From contig CAWIGG010000002.1 in the NCBI GenBank assembly GCA_963835575.1, forward strand, positions 1,152,001 through 1,216,000: a stretch of 64,000 nt of DNA, in the 5' to 3' direction. The stretch comes from an uncultured Spirochaetota bacterium (GTDB lineage Bacteria > Spirochaetota > Brevinematia > Brevinematales > JAOACQ01). Both the position numbers and the translations under genes were made by a program. Shown here in pieces: positions 39,876 through 50,038 of the stretch. The notes below the pieces were generated by a model that searched no databases, was not told the origin of the DNA, and saw only the letters and a program-made list of their open reading frames with translations. Positions within the stretch are counted from its first letter, which is position 1; every line of letters begins with the position of its first letter.

Positions 39876-41630
39876 TTAAGGTATTTTAAAGACAAGCAAA
39901 GTCATATCGTCCCACTGGTCAACACCGCTTGACCATATGTCCAATTCCCTGAAAACAACATTGACGATAGTAGAGGCATTAAGTGAAGAGTATTCTTTAA
40001 TAATCTTTTTTAAGCGCTCAATTCCGAAATCATTTCCTTTATTATCAACTGTATCAACAATCCCGTCTGTTAAGCAGAAAACAACATCTCCCGAATCCAG
40101 CTGCATGCGCGAAGAAACGTATTTTTCGGTTTTAGAAATTCCAAGAGGAATTCCTTTTGTGGCCAGTGATAAAAACTGGTTTTTTGAAGGCTTATAAATA
40201 TATTGAAGGTTATGACCGGCATTTGAATATTCAAGGATTTTCTGGTTCAAATCCAGCGTACAGTAAAACATCGTTACAAACATCCCTACCCTTGAATCAT
40301 CAACAAGAATTTCATTGGAATACTCCAGAAGCTTATTCGGTTCTCTTGTATGATAAGCATACGCTTTGGCGACACTTCTTGAAACAGCCATATATAGCGA
40401 TGCCGGCAGGCCTTTACCGGAAACATCTCCTATAACAAAGCCGATTCTATTGGGCGTAATCGGATATATATCATAGAAATCGCCGCCGACAACTTCGGCA
40501 GCTTTCATTTTAGCGTAAATCGATATATTTTTAAAATTGCTGAAATCATCAATAAGAAGGGCATTCTGAAGGGTCTTCATGATATCAATTTCCTTTCTTA
40601 TCTTTTCATGCTCGATCCGGTCATTATAACTGAGAATGCTTTCATAGGTATGGCCTACCTGATTCGCTATCGTTTGCAGGGTTTTTATCATTTCCGGGGT
40701 ATACCTGTTGTTCTTATTCGGTTCTGAGATATTAATAACCCCGATAGATATATTTTTCAACTTAATAGGCGCGCAGATAAAACTGTTGTTTTTATACCGG
40801 AAGCGTTTATTCCTTCCAAGCCCGATTTTCTCTATATCATTCGCGTAAAGGGTTTTTCCCTGTTTCATCGTTTTGCTTGATATCTTTTCTATATCCAGAC
40901 TATGCTCCATTTTTCCCACAACTTCTTCAGGCATTCCGACCGCGCTTTCAATGTAAAGATTTCCAGTTTTTTCATTAATGAACATGATTGAAACCCGGCG
41001 AGAATAAAAAACCTTTGAAATTAAATCCACTATTTTTTTGAACAGATCTTTTTTGTCATATATCAGATTCGTGAGATTGCTGATTTGATAAAGGTATTCC
41101 AGCTCTTTAGCCCTGCTCTGCAAAGCTTTATAGAGAAGGGCATTCGCGATTGCCGTTGCCGCCTGCTCGGCAAACTGCTTTAAGAGCACAACATCATCAT
41201 CTGTAAAAATATCTTTTGCCGGATTCATTACTTCAATCACGCCGATCGCCTTTTCATTATGAATAAGCGGCATTGCCAGAAGGTTTCTTGTTTTTAAATT
41301 TGTTTTTTCATCTACAGCTTTATAAAACCTTCTATCATTCTGAGCGTTATAAACTATAACGTGCTGTTTGGTTTCCGCGGCATAACCGGCAATACCTTTG
41401 CCTTTTGGAACAACTACATCGTAGAGCGCGTCCACATTTTCACCGAAAGCCGCTTCAAAAAAGAGATTTCCTGTATCCGAATCAACCAGAAGAATTGAAG
41501 CTCCCTCGGCTCTTAATAGTATGCCGGCATAATGAGAGATATCATTGAGAATACTGCGGACATCTTCGATTGAATTTATTTTTCTATTAATGTCCAGAAC
41601 TGCCTGCAAATCCTTGATATTGAGCGCCAT
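39876..41630 (-). CDS. GAF-GAF-PP2C (RsbU/SpoIIE-like) serine phosphatase
   Basis: Two GAF domains, VGGDFYD, GDVSGKG, NAGHN, TDGI, DDMT. Confidence 0.93.
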   Translation of the reverse strand: MALNIKDLQAVLDINRKINSIEDVRSILNDISHYAGILLRAEGASILLVDSDTGNLFFEAAFGENVDALYDVVVPKGKGIAGYAAETKQHVIVYNAQNDRRFYKAVDEKTNLKTRNLLAMPLIHNEKAIGVIEVMNPAKDIFTDDDVVLLKQFAEQAATAIANALLYKALQSRAKELEYLYQISNLTNLIYDKKDLFKKIVDLISKVFYSRRVSIMFINEKTGNLYIESAVGMPEEVVGKMEHSLDIEKISSKTMKQGKTLYANDIEKIGLGRNKRFRYKNNSFICAPIKLKNISIGVINISEPNKNNRYTPEMIKTLQTIANQVGHTYESILSYNDRIEHEKIRKEIDIMKTLQNALLIDDFSNFKNISIYAKMKAAEVVGGDFYDIYPITPNRIGFVIGDVSGKGLPASLYMAVSRSVAKAYAYHTREPNKLLEYSNEILVDDSRVGMFVTMFYCTLDLNQKILEYSNAGHNLQYIYKPSKNQFLSLATKGIPLGISKTEKYVSSRMQLDSGDVVFCLTDGIVDTVDNKGNDFGIERLKKIIKEYSSLNASTIVNVVFRELDIWSSGVDQWDDMTLLVFKIP

Positions 41631-41663
41631 TCTTATACTCCGGATTATACTAAAACCGCAAGC

Positions 41664-42809
41664 TTATAACGCCGCTGAAAATATTTCATGAATTTCATTC
41701 CTGCCGGCTGGGCGCGGCACATAAGATAAAAAATCGTATTGAGAGCCTATCTTTGATGCTTTTTCGATAATTTCCTGATTCACCTGGTATTCAGTGAGCC
41801 TCTGCGGAATATGCAGGTCCATCATAAGCCTTCGTATCGATTCAATGGCCATAATAGCCGCTTCAATAACCGTTATATCCGCGACTTTTTCTCCAAGGGC
41901 CATGGCAACCTGGATAAACCTGTTGGCGGCGGCGGTCAAATTGAATTCCATAACATGGGGAAGAATAACTCCGGAGCTGATCTGCTGCGACAGCTCAGAA
42001 GCCGCGTCCAGACCCATCGCGCATGCCGCTGACATCCCAAGGGAAGAACCATAAATTGATAAAGAGGCCAATAATGTCCCGATACTCAGGTTCCCTTTTA
42101 TTTTTGTATTGGCAGGTTCCAGCACCAGCCTTTTTAAATTGACGCTGAGATACTCGATCGCTTTCAGACTGAGAGCGTCTGAAATAGGCGTCGCTTTCTT
42201 GGAAATATAGGCGTCAAATGAGTACGCGATTGCTTCCAGGCTGGAATAAATCAAATCGTTTAAAGGCACTTCTTCAGTAATGGATGGATCGATTATGAGC
42301 GCTTCCGCATAAGATTCTTTATCTACATACGGCTTTTTGATCTTATCCGTTTCATCAATAACATAGGTTATCGGTAATAATCCCCATGATACGACCTGAA
42401 TGGAAGGAATTTCTATATAACGAACTTTTTTGACGTTTAACTTTTTGGCAGTTTTCTGATCCTCTTTGGTAATTTCCTGTGTGCTGAATTGAGCGATGCA
42501 TTTTGCGACTGACAAAACATTTTCGCCCCCCACGCCTATCACCACATCAGCGCGGCTTGTTTTTGTAATATTAACCCCTTCGAATAATTCTTTTGTATTG
42601 GCATTGGAAGGGACTTCGTAAACTATAATATCATAAGCGTAGCCTTCAATTAATCTTTTAACTTTGCTGGTCAATCCTGTTTCCGATACTTTTTTTTCCG
42701 CTACTATGACGACTTTTTCGCTGTTCGGGCAGGCTATTTCAGAAAGCCTTTGCAGACTTTCCGCTCCGCAGAGTATGTTTGTGGGAACCTGAAACTCTAT
42801 TAAAGACAT
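41664..42809 (-). CDS. Iron-containing alcohol dehydrogenase-fold protein with degenerate active site
   Basis: FQVPTNILCG, IIDP, LPHVMEFN, IPQRL match the family; GGGS and the metal-binding His residues are replaced. Confidence 0.8.
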   Translation of the reverse strand: MSLIEFQVPTNILCGAESLQRLSEIACPNSEKVVIVAEKKVSETGLTSKVKRLIEGYAYDIIVYEVPSNANTKELFEGVNITKTSRADVVIGVGGENVLSVAKCIAQFSTQEITKEDQKTAKKLNVKKVRYIEIPSIQVVSWGLLPITYVIDETDKIKKPYVDKESYAEALIIDPSITEEVPLNDLIYSSLEAIAYSFDAYISKKATPISDALSLKAIEYLSVNLKRLVLEPANTKIKGNLSIGTLLASLSIYGSSLGMSAACAMGLDAASELSQQISSGVILPHVMEFNLTAAANRFIQVAMALGEKVADITVIEAAIMAIESIRRLMMDLHIPQRLTEYQVNQEIIEKASKIGSQYDFLSYVPRPAGRNEIHEIFSAAL

Positions 42810-43023
42810 GGAATTTCTCCCCTTCGAACATTATTATTTTATCATAACAGAACAGAATAATCTATTATAATAAAGGAATTTACAATATTTATCGGAAGTA
42901 TTTACAAGAAAATAAGAATACTTCTTAAAACTATTTTATATAAAGAGATATGAATAAACCAAAATCAATATTAATATAAGCTGATAACCAGAAAAATATT
43001 TCAACAAATAACAAGAGTGTTGA

Positions 43024-43933
43024 TCAGCCCCTGTTCAAAACAAAAATGATCCCGCTTAAGCTGATAATACTGAAAATGAGAGAAACGAATACAACTTCGC
43101 TTGCAAGTCCGGCATCGCTGTCAAAATGACTTGCAAGGATCGAGCAATAAATAGCTGAAGGCATGGCTATCTGTGTCAGCGTTACTTTAAAATCCAATCC
43201 CTGAATATTAAATAGAATAAGAATAATATAGGCCAGAACCGGCACAATAATCAATTTTATTAGACTGATGATGGAAACGGTAAAAAACTTCTTATCAATA
43301 CGGATTTCTGATAACGTAATCCCCACAAACAGCAGATTGAGCGGAATTACCGCTGTAACCCAGTGACCGTATTGGAAGTATAATCTGTTCAGGAATGGTG
43401 ATCTTAAAATAATTAAGAAAAAGAGCGGCTGAAAAAGCATAAAAAACAGGGACTCTAAGCATCTGCATAAAAGCCTTCTTTTTTGAGCTTTTATCGGAGG
43501 CCGCGACATAAATCCCTACAGTATGAGTATAAAAAATATAAGCTACCATGACAATGGTGCCGATTGTCAACCCTTCTTTGCCGAAAGCGTATTCAGTAAT
43601 AGGAAGCCCGAAATTTCCGGAATTGGTTAAAATCAGGGTCAGAGTCAGAATGACTTTAAAGCTTCTCTCAAAATGAAAGATTTTATCCAGTAACTCAATG
43701 ATTAATATAGTTAAAAAAATGACAAGAGTTATAACAATGAATATCTTAAATGTTGCTGCGGTAAAAAAATTCTGATATTCATATACGGCAACAAAAACAA
43801 GCGCGGGCGTCAGAATATAAATTGATATTATTGAAAAGGCCTTTTTATCCAATGGGAAAAGTTTCCCGATTATATAGCCGGCGGTAAATATAAAGAGAAC
43901 TGGGAATAATACGTTTATAAAAACAGTTATCAT
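43024..43933 (-). pseudogene. AEC (auxin efflux carrier/malate permease) family transporter, frameshifted
   Basis: N-half (PALVF, NSGNFGLP) in 43295..43933 and C-half (KLIIVP, AMPSA) in another frame; switch near 43352. Confidence 0.8.
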
Positions 43934-45265
43934 TTAAAATCTCTTTAAATTACTCTTATAATATTTCAAGACATTGGGCTCTTTTCTTATTTCTTTGCCG
44001 ATTCTGATGCTCTTGCAGATTAAGTCCTCAGCTCTTTTCTTTTCAAGCAGATGTATCATATCCGCGGCAAGCTTCTGGGGATGAATCGGATTAATATAGA
44101 TTTTTGTATTGCCTTCAAATCCGGCCGGAGTATGAATCCGGAGTTTTATGCAGATATGCCAGGGCAGATTATAGACTGTATCGATTGGAGCATAATACCA
44201 TTCTTCATTACAAGTTGTCTGGCTTGTAATGACACTATGGACCGCATGAACAAGATTGCTCATACCCCTGATTTCATCTATATTTTGATCAAATGGACGG
44301 CTTTTATCGCTTTTTGAGTAAATGACGATTGTCGGGAACCTATGCCCTATTTCCGCAACAGCGACAGCATAATCATTCTCAGCGATACAAAGTGAATGAT
44401 AAAGACCGAAATTAATTGAAAACTCATTATAAAGATTGGGATTTTTAACGAACTCAGCTATCTCTCTTTCCATCTGGACGCCCCATTCATCCAGACTGAC
44501 CAGCTGTTTATGCAGGTGGTCGAAAGAAGCCCCGGCCGGCCGCAGCCAGTTCTGAAATACGCTGATATAACGGATAAAAGGGTTTTGTTCATAAATATCC
44601 CTTATGCTTTCCACAGTAAAAAGAATATATTGAAAATGTTCATCTTCCGATAATTCGCCTGAAGAACAGAGTTCATGGGAATAAAGCGCGCCTTCCTTGT
44701 AATGCCGCCGGCCGATAATAATATCATGACAGCCGCCGAAAAAAGGGTTCAATTTTTCCAGTTTTTCTTCTAAGGAATAAGAATTGAAATCGATATTGAT
44801 CTTGTTAAATTTATATTCCAGCATAAACAGGGCATGTTCAAGTCCAATGGAAGAATGAAGATACCGGTCCTTCCAGTCCTTGTTTTCTTTAGTCATTTTA
44901 TAGTGATAATTTTTTGTCCAGTAGTCATAAGTAACAATTTCAAAAAGATTACCGAGCCTGCGGAAATCCGCATAAGTTTTATTCATTTCCTCTGGAGCTA
45001 TCTGGTAAATCTTCTGCCAGTTTCCTTTTTCGTCTTTAAAAATCCTCGCTTTTTCAGGAGTGCATAAATGATAATTTACGCTGCAGAAATCACAGTAGTT
45101 TTCAGGCGAGCTGCGCTGAATAGGAACCGGGTTTTCAGGCACGTTATTGATCAGAGGCCCTCTTTTCCTCTCTTCGACGCACCAGACTTCAGTCCCATTA
45201 TACGGATTGATCTGTTTAAGAGTGCCGTCCGGCATTTTGTAATAATATTTATCATAAATCGACAT
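43934..45265 (-). CDS. DUF4921-like protein, GalT/HIT superfamily
   Basis: MPDGTLKQINP, CDFC, FQNWLRPAGASFDHLHKQ (HxHxQ), AGFEGNTKIYINP. Confidence 0.8.
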   Translation of the reverse strand: MSIYDKYYYKMPDGTLKQINPYNGTEVWCVEERKRGPLINNVPENPVPIQRSSPENYCDFCSVNYHLCTPEKARIFKDEKGNWQKIYQIAPEEMNKTYADFRRLGNLFEIVTYDYWTKNYHYKMTKENKDWKDRYLHSSIGLEHALFMLEYKFNKINIDFNSYSLEEKLEKLNPFFGGCHDIIIGRRHYKEGALYSHELCSSGELSEDEHFQYILFTVESIRDIYEQNPFIRYISVFQNWLRPAGASFDHLHKQLVSLDEWGVQMEREIAEFVKNPNLYNEFSINFGLYHSLCIAENDYAVAVAEIGHRFPTIVIYSKSDKSRPFDQNIDEIRGMSNLVHAVHSVITSQTTCNEEWYYAPIDTVYNLPWHICIKLRIHTPAGFEGNTKIYINPIHPQKLAADMIHLLEKKRAEDLICKSIRIGKEIRKEPNVLKYYKSNLKRF

Positions 45266-45362
45266 GGCTTCAATCCTTATTTTATAAATTTAATAAAGAA
45301 GGAAAATTATAAATATGATGCAAAAATAAATCAAAAATAGAGAAAGGCCTGAATTATAAAAT

Positions 45363-45392
45363 AAAGGCGGCGGTTCAAACCGCCGTCTTTTT
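45363..45392. terminator. Terminator downstream of the TonB-dependent receptor gene
   Basis: AAAGGCGGCGGTT-ca-AACCGCCGTCTTTT. Confidence 0.7.
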
Positions 45393-45419
45393 AGAAAAAT
45401 AATATGTAAAAATCATTAT

Positions 45420-47771
45420 TTAAAACTCAACCCTCATCCCTCCAAGTACCATAAATGGAAAATCCCTGACGGCAACTTTAGACAATTCTCCGTTTTTGAC
45501 CCAGTAAAAGTAATTAATGGTGTTATCATAATTCAGAGAATTGATAAATGATATATAGGATGTGGATTTCACATTCATTCCCAGAAGATTCAGAAGAGAG
45601 AAAAGTGAATAAGGGATTGTTACCGTTAGATCCAGCCTGACTTCCCATGGAGTCAGATCACTATTATATTCCCCATTAAAATAATGATACTGAGTGCCCG
45701 CCTCAGGCGTATCATAGGAAATGAAATTCGTTACAGGGGTGTAAGGCTCTCCGCTCAAAACGCTTAAATCCATGGACAGTTTCCATTCGTTCAAAAAATC
45801 AAGAAATAAAGGTTTATCAGGATTCCTATAATAAGTCATCTCCATTACTGCTGACAACGTATGGCTTCTAAGCCATTCGGGTGTAATCCATTGATTAAGC
45901 GGCGGATTTGATTCATAATCAAATAGAGATGTTGCCGGCGACCTGTCTAATACCTTTGAAGCTAAGTAAACATATGTGTATGAAATCCAGCCCGAAAGCC
46001 AATCTCCCTTCTGCGCTTTCTTCTGTAAATAGATATCACCGCCGTAAGCGTTTCTTATTCCATTGTTATTCCATGTAAGCTGGGAATCATTTTCCCACAT
46101 ATCATAATAATACTTGTAAAAACCCTCCAGGCGGAAAGAATATGCATTGTCGGAATAGTCCATGCCTGTAATCAGGTGATTAACTTTTTGACTCCGGAGG
46201 TTCGGGTTTCCATACTGGCTGTCAACCATCGTAATATCAAGAGGAAACAGGTGATATTCTCCACCTCTCAGGTACAGGTCAAATTCTTTCGTAATCTCCC
46301 ACTTAATGCCTGCCTGAGGATTGAAAGCATATTCATTATTCAGCGAGAAATATTCCTCACGAACCCCAAGTTCCAGGATAAGAGATGGAATAATTTCCCA
46401 GTTATCCTCAATATAGACGCCTCCGTATGTTAGTTTTGTAGAATTGTAAGTCTTAACCATAGAAGTATTCGTCCAAACACCATCTTTTGAAAGGAAATAG
46501 TCATGGTAATCGATGCTGGTTTGCGGATCATCATAGACAATGGTACCTCCAAACTGGATCTTATGCCCTATCATGGAATTCAGATAATAATTGGCGCCGG
46601 ATTGAAATAAATTTTCATTAACACTATCATCAAATGACTGTACCGGGCTTCCGCTTTGTGTATATTGCCCGTAATGGGGTGTGTAGCCTAAAACTGCGTC
46701 AAATGCGTCGCCCGATTCGAAGCGATGGGAGTATCTGGCACTGCCGATAACATTGATGTCCTGGTAAACAAAACGGCCGCTCATGTTTCCTTCCTGTTCG
46801 GGGCCATTGGGATCACCGCTCATGCTCATTTTCATCCCTTCTATTGAACCATAGCCCTCAAAGGTTAAACAATCCCATGGTGTTACATCCCAGTTAATCT
46901 TCAATATTCCATCCATAAGATAAGGATACTGTACTCCTGCCCTCTGGTCCGGCGGCAGGAAATAAGGCATAATGAAGTCATAAAATGTTCGTCTAATATC
47001 AAAAAACACAGTTAAATTGGAGGCAGCCGGCCCTTCCAGCTGTATCTCGGATGTTGCTGTAGACATGTCGATAAACCCTTTCCACTTCTCATTATTACCC
47101 TTTTTTGTTTCCACAGTTACAATTCCCGATAGGCCCTGGCCGTATATGGCAGGATAACCCGCAGTATAAAGATCGATTTCTTCAATGGTATAAGGATTAA
47201 ACATTGATATTCTTCCACCCCAGCGGTTGGGATTCATAATGAACAGCCCGTCCATTTCAGCTACCCATTCATTGTTTTTACCCCCCTGAATATACATACT
47301 GCTGTCGAACATGCTCCCGCTTCCTGACACACCCGGCATCGATTGAAGGGTTTTAACCGCATCCTGAATATAGCCCTGTGAATTTGCCTTTAGTTCTTCC
47401 TGTCTGACAGTCGATTGGGTTGTTACTTTTCCTTTGTTCCTTTTCGACTTAACGGTAATTTCACCCATACTGAATGTCACTTTGTTAATCCTGATCGAGA
47501 CATTTTGATGGCCGCTGTTTATTTCGACCGGCGCGCTGTATTTTTCATAACCAGCCAGAACAGCAATTATAGTGTATTTTCCGTCTGGAATGTTTTTAAA
47601 TATAACCTGCCCATTTTCATCGGCGAGTAAATTTAATTTTAATTCCGTTATCGCAACCGTGGTGTCCGGCAGGGAAATTCTTCCGTCTGTGATTTTTACG
47701 GTCAAATCCCCGGCAAAAAACAATACAGTGCAGCTGAAGTTCAGCAAAAAGATTAGTAATATTTTTCGCAT
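45420..47771 (-). CDS. TonB-dependent receptor with N-terminal carboxypeptidase-regulatory-like domain
   Basis: Signal peptide, GKYTIIA..GYE, plug LQSMPGV...YGQGLSG, GNPNLRSQ, C-terminal Phe. Confidence 0.85.
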   Translation of the reverse strand: MRKILLIFLLNFSCTVLFFAGDLTVKITDGRISLPDTTVAITELKLNLLADENGQVIFKNIPDGKYTIIAVLAGYEKYSAPVEINSGHQNVSIRINKVTFSMGEITVKSKRNKGKVTTQSTVRQEELKANSQGYIQDAVKTLQSMPGVSGSGSMFDSSMYIQGGKNNEWVAEMDGLFIMNPNRWGGRISMFNPYTIEEIDLYTAGYPAIYGQGLSGIVTVETKKGNNEKWKGFIDMSTATSEIQLEGPAASNLTVFFDIRRTFYDFIMPYFLPPDQRAGVQYPYLMDGILKINWDVTPWDCLTFEGYGSIEGMKMSMSGDPNGPEQEGNMSGRFVYQDINVIGSARYSHRFESGDAFDAVLGYTPHYGQYTQSGSPVQSFDDSVNENLFQSGANYYLNSMIGHKIQFGGTIVYDDPQTSIDYHDYFLSKDGVWTNTSMVKTYNSTKLTYGGVYIEDNWEIIPSLILELGVREEYFSLNNEYAFNPQAGIKWEITKEFDLYLRGGEYHLFPLDITMVDSQYGNPNLRSQKVNHLITGMDYSDNAYSFRLEGFYKYYYDMWENDSQLTWNNNGIRNAYGGDIYLQKKAQKGDWLSGWISYTYVYLASKVLDRSPATSLFDYESNPPLNQWITPEWLRSHTLSAVMEMTYYRNPDKPLFLDFLNEWKLSMDLSVLSGEPYTPVTNFISYDTPEAGTQYHYFNGEYNSDLTPWEVRLDLTVTIPYSLFSLLNLLGMNVKSTSYISFINSLNYDNTINYFYWVKNGELSKVAVRDFPFMVLGGMRVEF

Positions 47772-47920
47772 TTAAAACTCCTATAAAATACATTGATTTT
47801 ATATGAGCAACTATTATACCAAAATAATATTTATATGTAATTCATTATAATATAGATATTTATGATAATATGTTAAGTATAACTAATTGAAAATATCACT
47901 TTTGATATATCAGTAAGGAT

Positions 47921-47962
47921 TAAGGGCAGTTCCAAAAACCATGGTTTTTGGAACTGCCCTTA
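47921..47962. repeat. Perfect 42-bp palindrome; minimal member of the GGGCAGTTCCAAAAAC repeat family
   Basis: TAAGGGCAGTTCCAAAAACCATGGTTTTTGGAACTGCCCTTA. Confidence 0.9.
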
Positions 47963-48032
47963 TATTAATTTGTTTATTTTCGCTTATTTTGATACAATAC
48001 TATTTAAATAATTTTATAATACAGGTAACAAG

Positions 48033-50009
48033 ATGTTATATGCTGAAGTGGCAATAAATATACCTCTCGATGACAATTTTTATTATCTCATTCCAGAAGA
48101 TTTAAATGTAAAAAGACTTCAGAGAGTTTTAGTTAATTTTTCAGGAAGGCAGGAAACAGGTTTTGTAATTCAAGTTCATACTCAAGATGAAATCTGTGAA
48201 AAAATAAAAGATATTAACATTAAACCGGTCCTTGAAATTATTGATGAGGACCCTATAATCAATGAGTCGACCCTGGAAATCGCAAGCTGGATGAGTAATT
48301 ACTATTTCTCCACATTTGGTGAAACTCTTTTTGCAATCACTCCTTCGGCAAAAAGATGGAAAAAGTACCGACATTCCTTTCAGTACACCGGCCACCTGGC
48401 GCATCTAAACGATGAGCAGAACTCTGCTCTACAGGAAATCGAATCCGGTCTGGGAAAAAACAAGACTTTTCTTATTCAAGGCATAACAGGCTCCGGTAAA
48501 ACAGAAATCTATAAACATCTTGTTAAAAAAATGCTTTCTCTTGGAAAATCATCCATCATATTAATTCCTGAAATATCCTTGACGCCCCAGACGCTTGAAC
48601 GTTTTTATCAGACCTTCGGCGAAGAGGTCTCGATTTATCACAGCAAGCTCACGCAAAATGAAAAGCTCGGCGAATGGCTGCGCGCATTGCATGGCGAAGC
48701 CAAAGTTGTTATCGGACCCCGGTCCGCCGTATTTATGCCAGTTATCAATTTGGGGCTTATCATCATTGACGAGGAACATGAAACATCCTATAAATCCAAT
48801 AATTCGCCGCGCTATCATGCCCGGCAGGTCGCTTATCACAGAGCGAAAAAAAATAAAGCTGATCTTATCCTGGGATCGGCGACGCCGCAGCTGGAAAGTT
48901 ATTACTATGCCAGAAACAATGTTTTTCATTTAATTGAACTGAAGAAGCGCTACGGCGGGAGTAAATTACCGTCGGTTGAAATAGCCGATTTAAAAAACGA
49001 AGAAAACAAAAATTTTATCACGGAGAAATTCCTTAAAAAAATAATAGAAACGGTAAATCAAAAAAAACAGGTCCTGATTTTTTTAAACCGCCGCGGATTT
49101 TCTCCAGTTCTGATCTGCCGGGACTGCGGCCATACTTTTTTATGCCCGAACTGCAATCTCTCCCTCACCTATCATAAAAGCATCCGGAAAATAACCTGCC
49201 ATCACTGCGGACATGCGGAGTCAATACCTGATATCTGTCCGAATTGCGGCAGTTCCAATTTGAAAGAACTGGGCAGCGGAACCGAAAAGATTGAAAGCAT
49301 TTTATCCAGCCAGTTTCCAGCATACCGTATTGATAGGATGGACCTGGATACTACAAAAAAAAGGGACAGTTATCTTACAATACTTCAAAAAGTCAAAAGA
49401 AAAGAAGTGGATATTCTCATCGGCACACAAATGGTAGCAAAAGGTCATGATATAGCGGGCATACAATTTGTCGGTGTCATTCTTCCAGATATTATGCTCA
49501 ATATTCCTGATTTCCGCTCAGTCGAAAGGACATTTGTTCTTCTTACTCAGGTCATCGGAAGAGCGGGAAGGCGCGATATCCGCGGCGAAGCGATGATCCA
49601 GACCTATCTTCCGGATCATTACGCGATCACTCTGGCCGCCGAACAGAACTACCTTGCTTTTTATCAGAGGGAAATTGAGGTCAGAAAAGCTTTTCTCTAT
49701 CCGCCTTTTGTCAGATTGGGCAGGATTGTTTTCAGGAGCACAAATATTGATAAATTAAAAGCCTTTGTTGAAGAAACTAAAATATGGCTGAAGAAAAATC
49801 CGGCAAACAAAAAGCTGATAATATTCGGCCCTATCAGCTGTCCGCTGGAAAAGTTGAAAAATAATTACAGGTATCATATAATAATTAAATCTCAGGATAT
49901 CAATGAGATAAGTAAATTTATCCAATTAATAAAGACGTTTTTCAAAAAGCTTCCTTATTCCCGTTTTCTTTATATGGAAATTGATATTGATCCTCTCTCG
50001 ATCGTTTAA
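48033..50009 (+). CDS. priA: Primosomal protein N'
   Basis: GITGSGKTE, DEEHETSYK, LGSATP, NRRGFS with four CxxC pairs, QVIGRAGR. Confidence 0.96.
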   Translation: MLYAEVAINIPLDDNFYYLIPEDLNVKRLQRVLVNFSGRQETGFVIQVHTQDEICEKIKDINIKPVLEIIDEDPIINESTLEIASWMSNYYFSTFGETLFAITPSAKRWKKYRHSFQYTGHLAHLNDEQNSALQEIESGLGKNKTFLIQGITGSGKTEIYKHLVKKMLSLGKSSIILIPEISLTPQTLERFYQTFGEEVSIYHSKLTQNEKLGEWLRALHGEAKVVIGPRSAVFMPVINLGLIIIDEEHETSYKSNNSPRYHARQVAYHRAKKNKADLILGSATPQLESYYYARNNVFHLIELKKRYGGSKLPSVEIADLKNEENKNFITEKFLKKIIETVNQKKQVLIFLNRRGFSPVLICRDCGHTFLCPNCNLSLTYHKSIRKITCHHCGHAESIPDICPNCGSSNLKELGSGTEKIESILSSQFPAYRIDRMDLDTTKKRDSYLTILQKVKRKEVDILIGTQMVAKGHDIAGIQFVGVILPDIMLNIPDFRSVERTFVLLTQVIGRAGRRDIRGEAMIQTYLPDHYAITLAAEQNYLAFYQREIEVRKAFLYPPFVRLGRIVFRSTNIDKLKAFVEETKIWLKKNPANKKLIIFGPISCPLEKLKNNYRYHIIIKSQDINEISKFIQLIKTFFKKLPYSRFLYMEIDIDPLSIV

Positions 50010-50038
50010 CTTTCCGCTAAAAAAGAGGTAAGGTTTTC

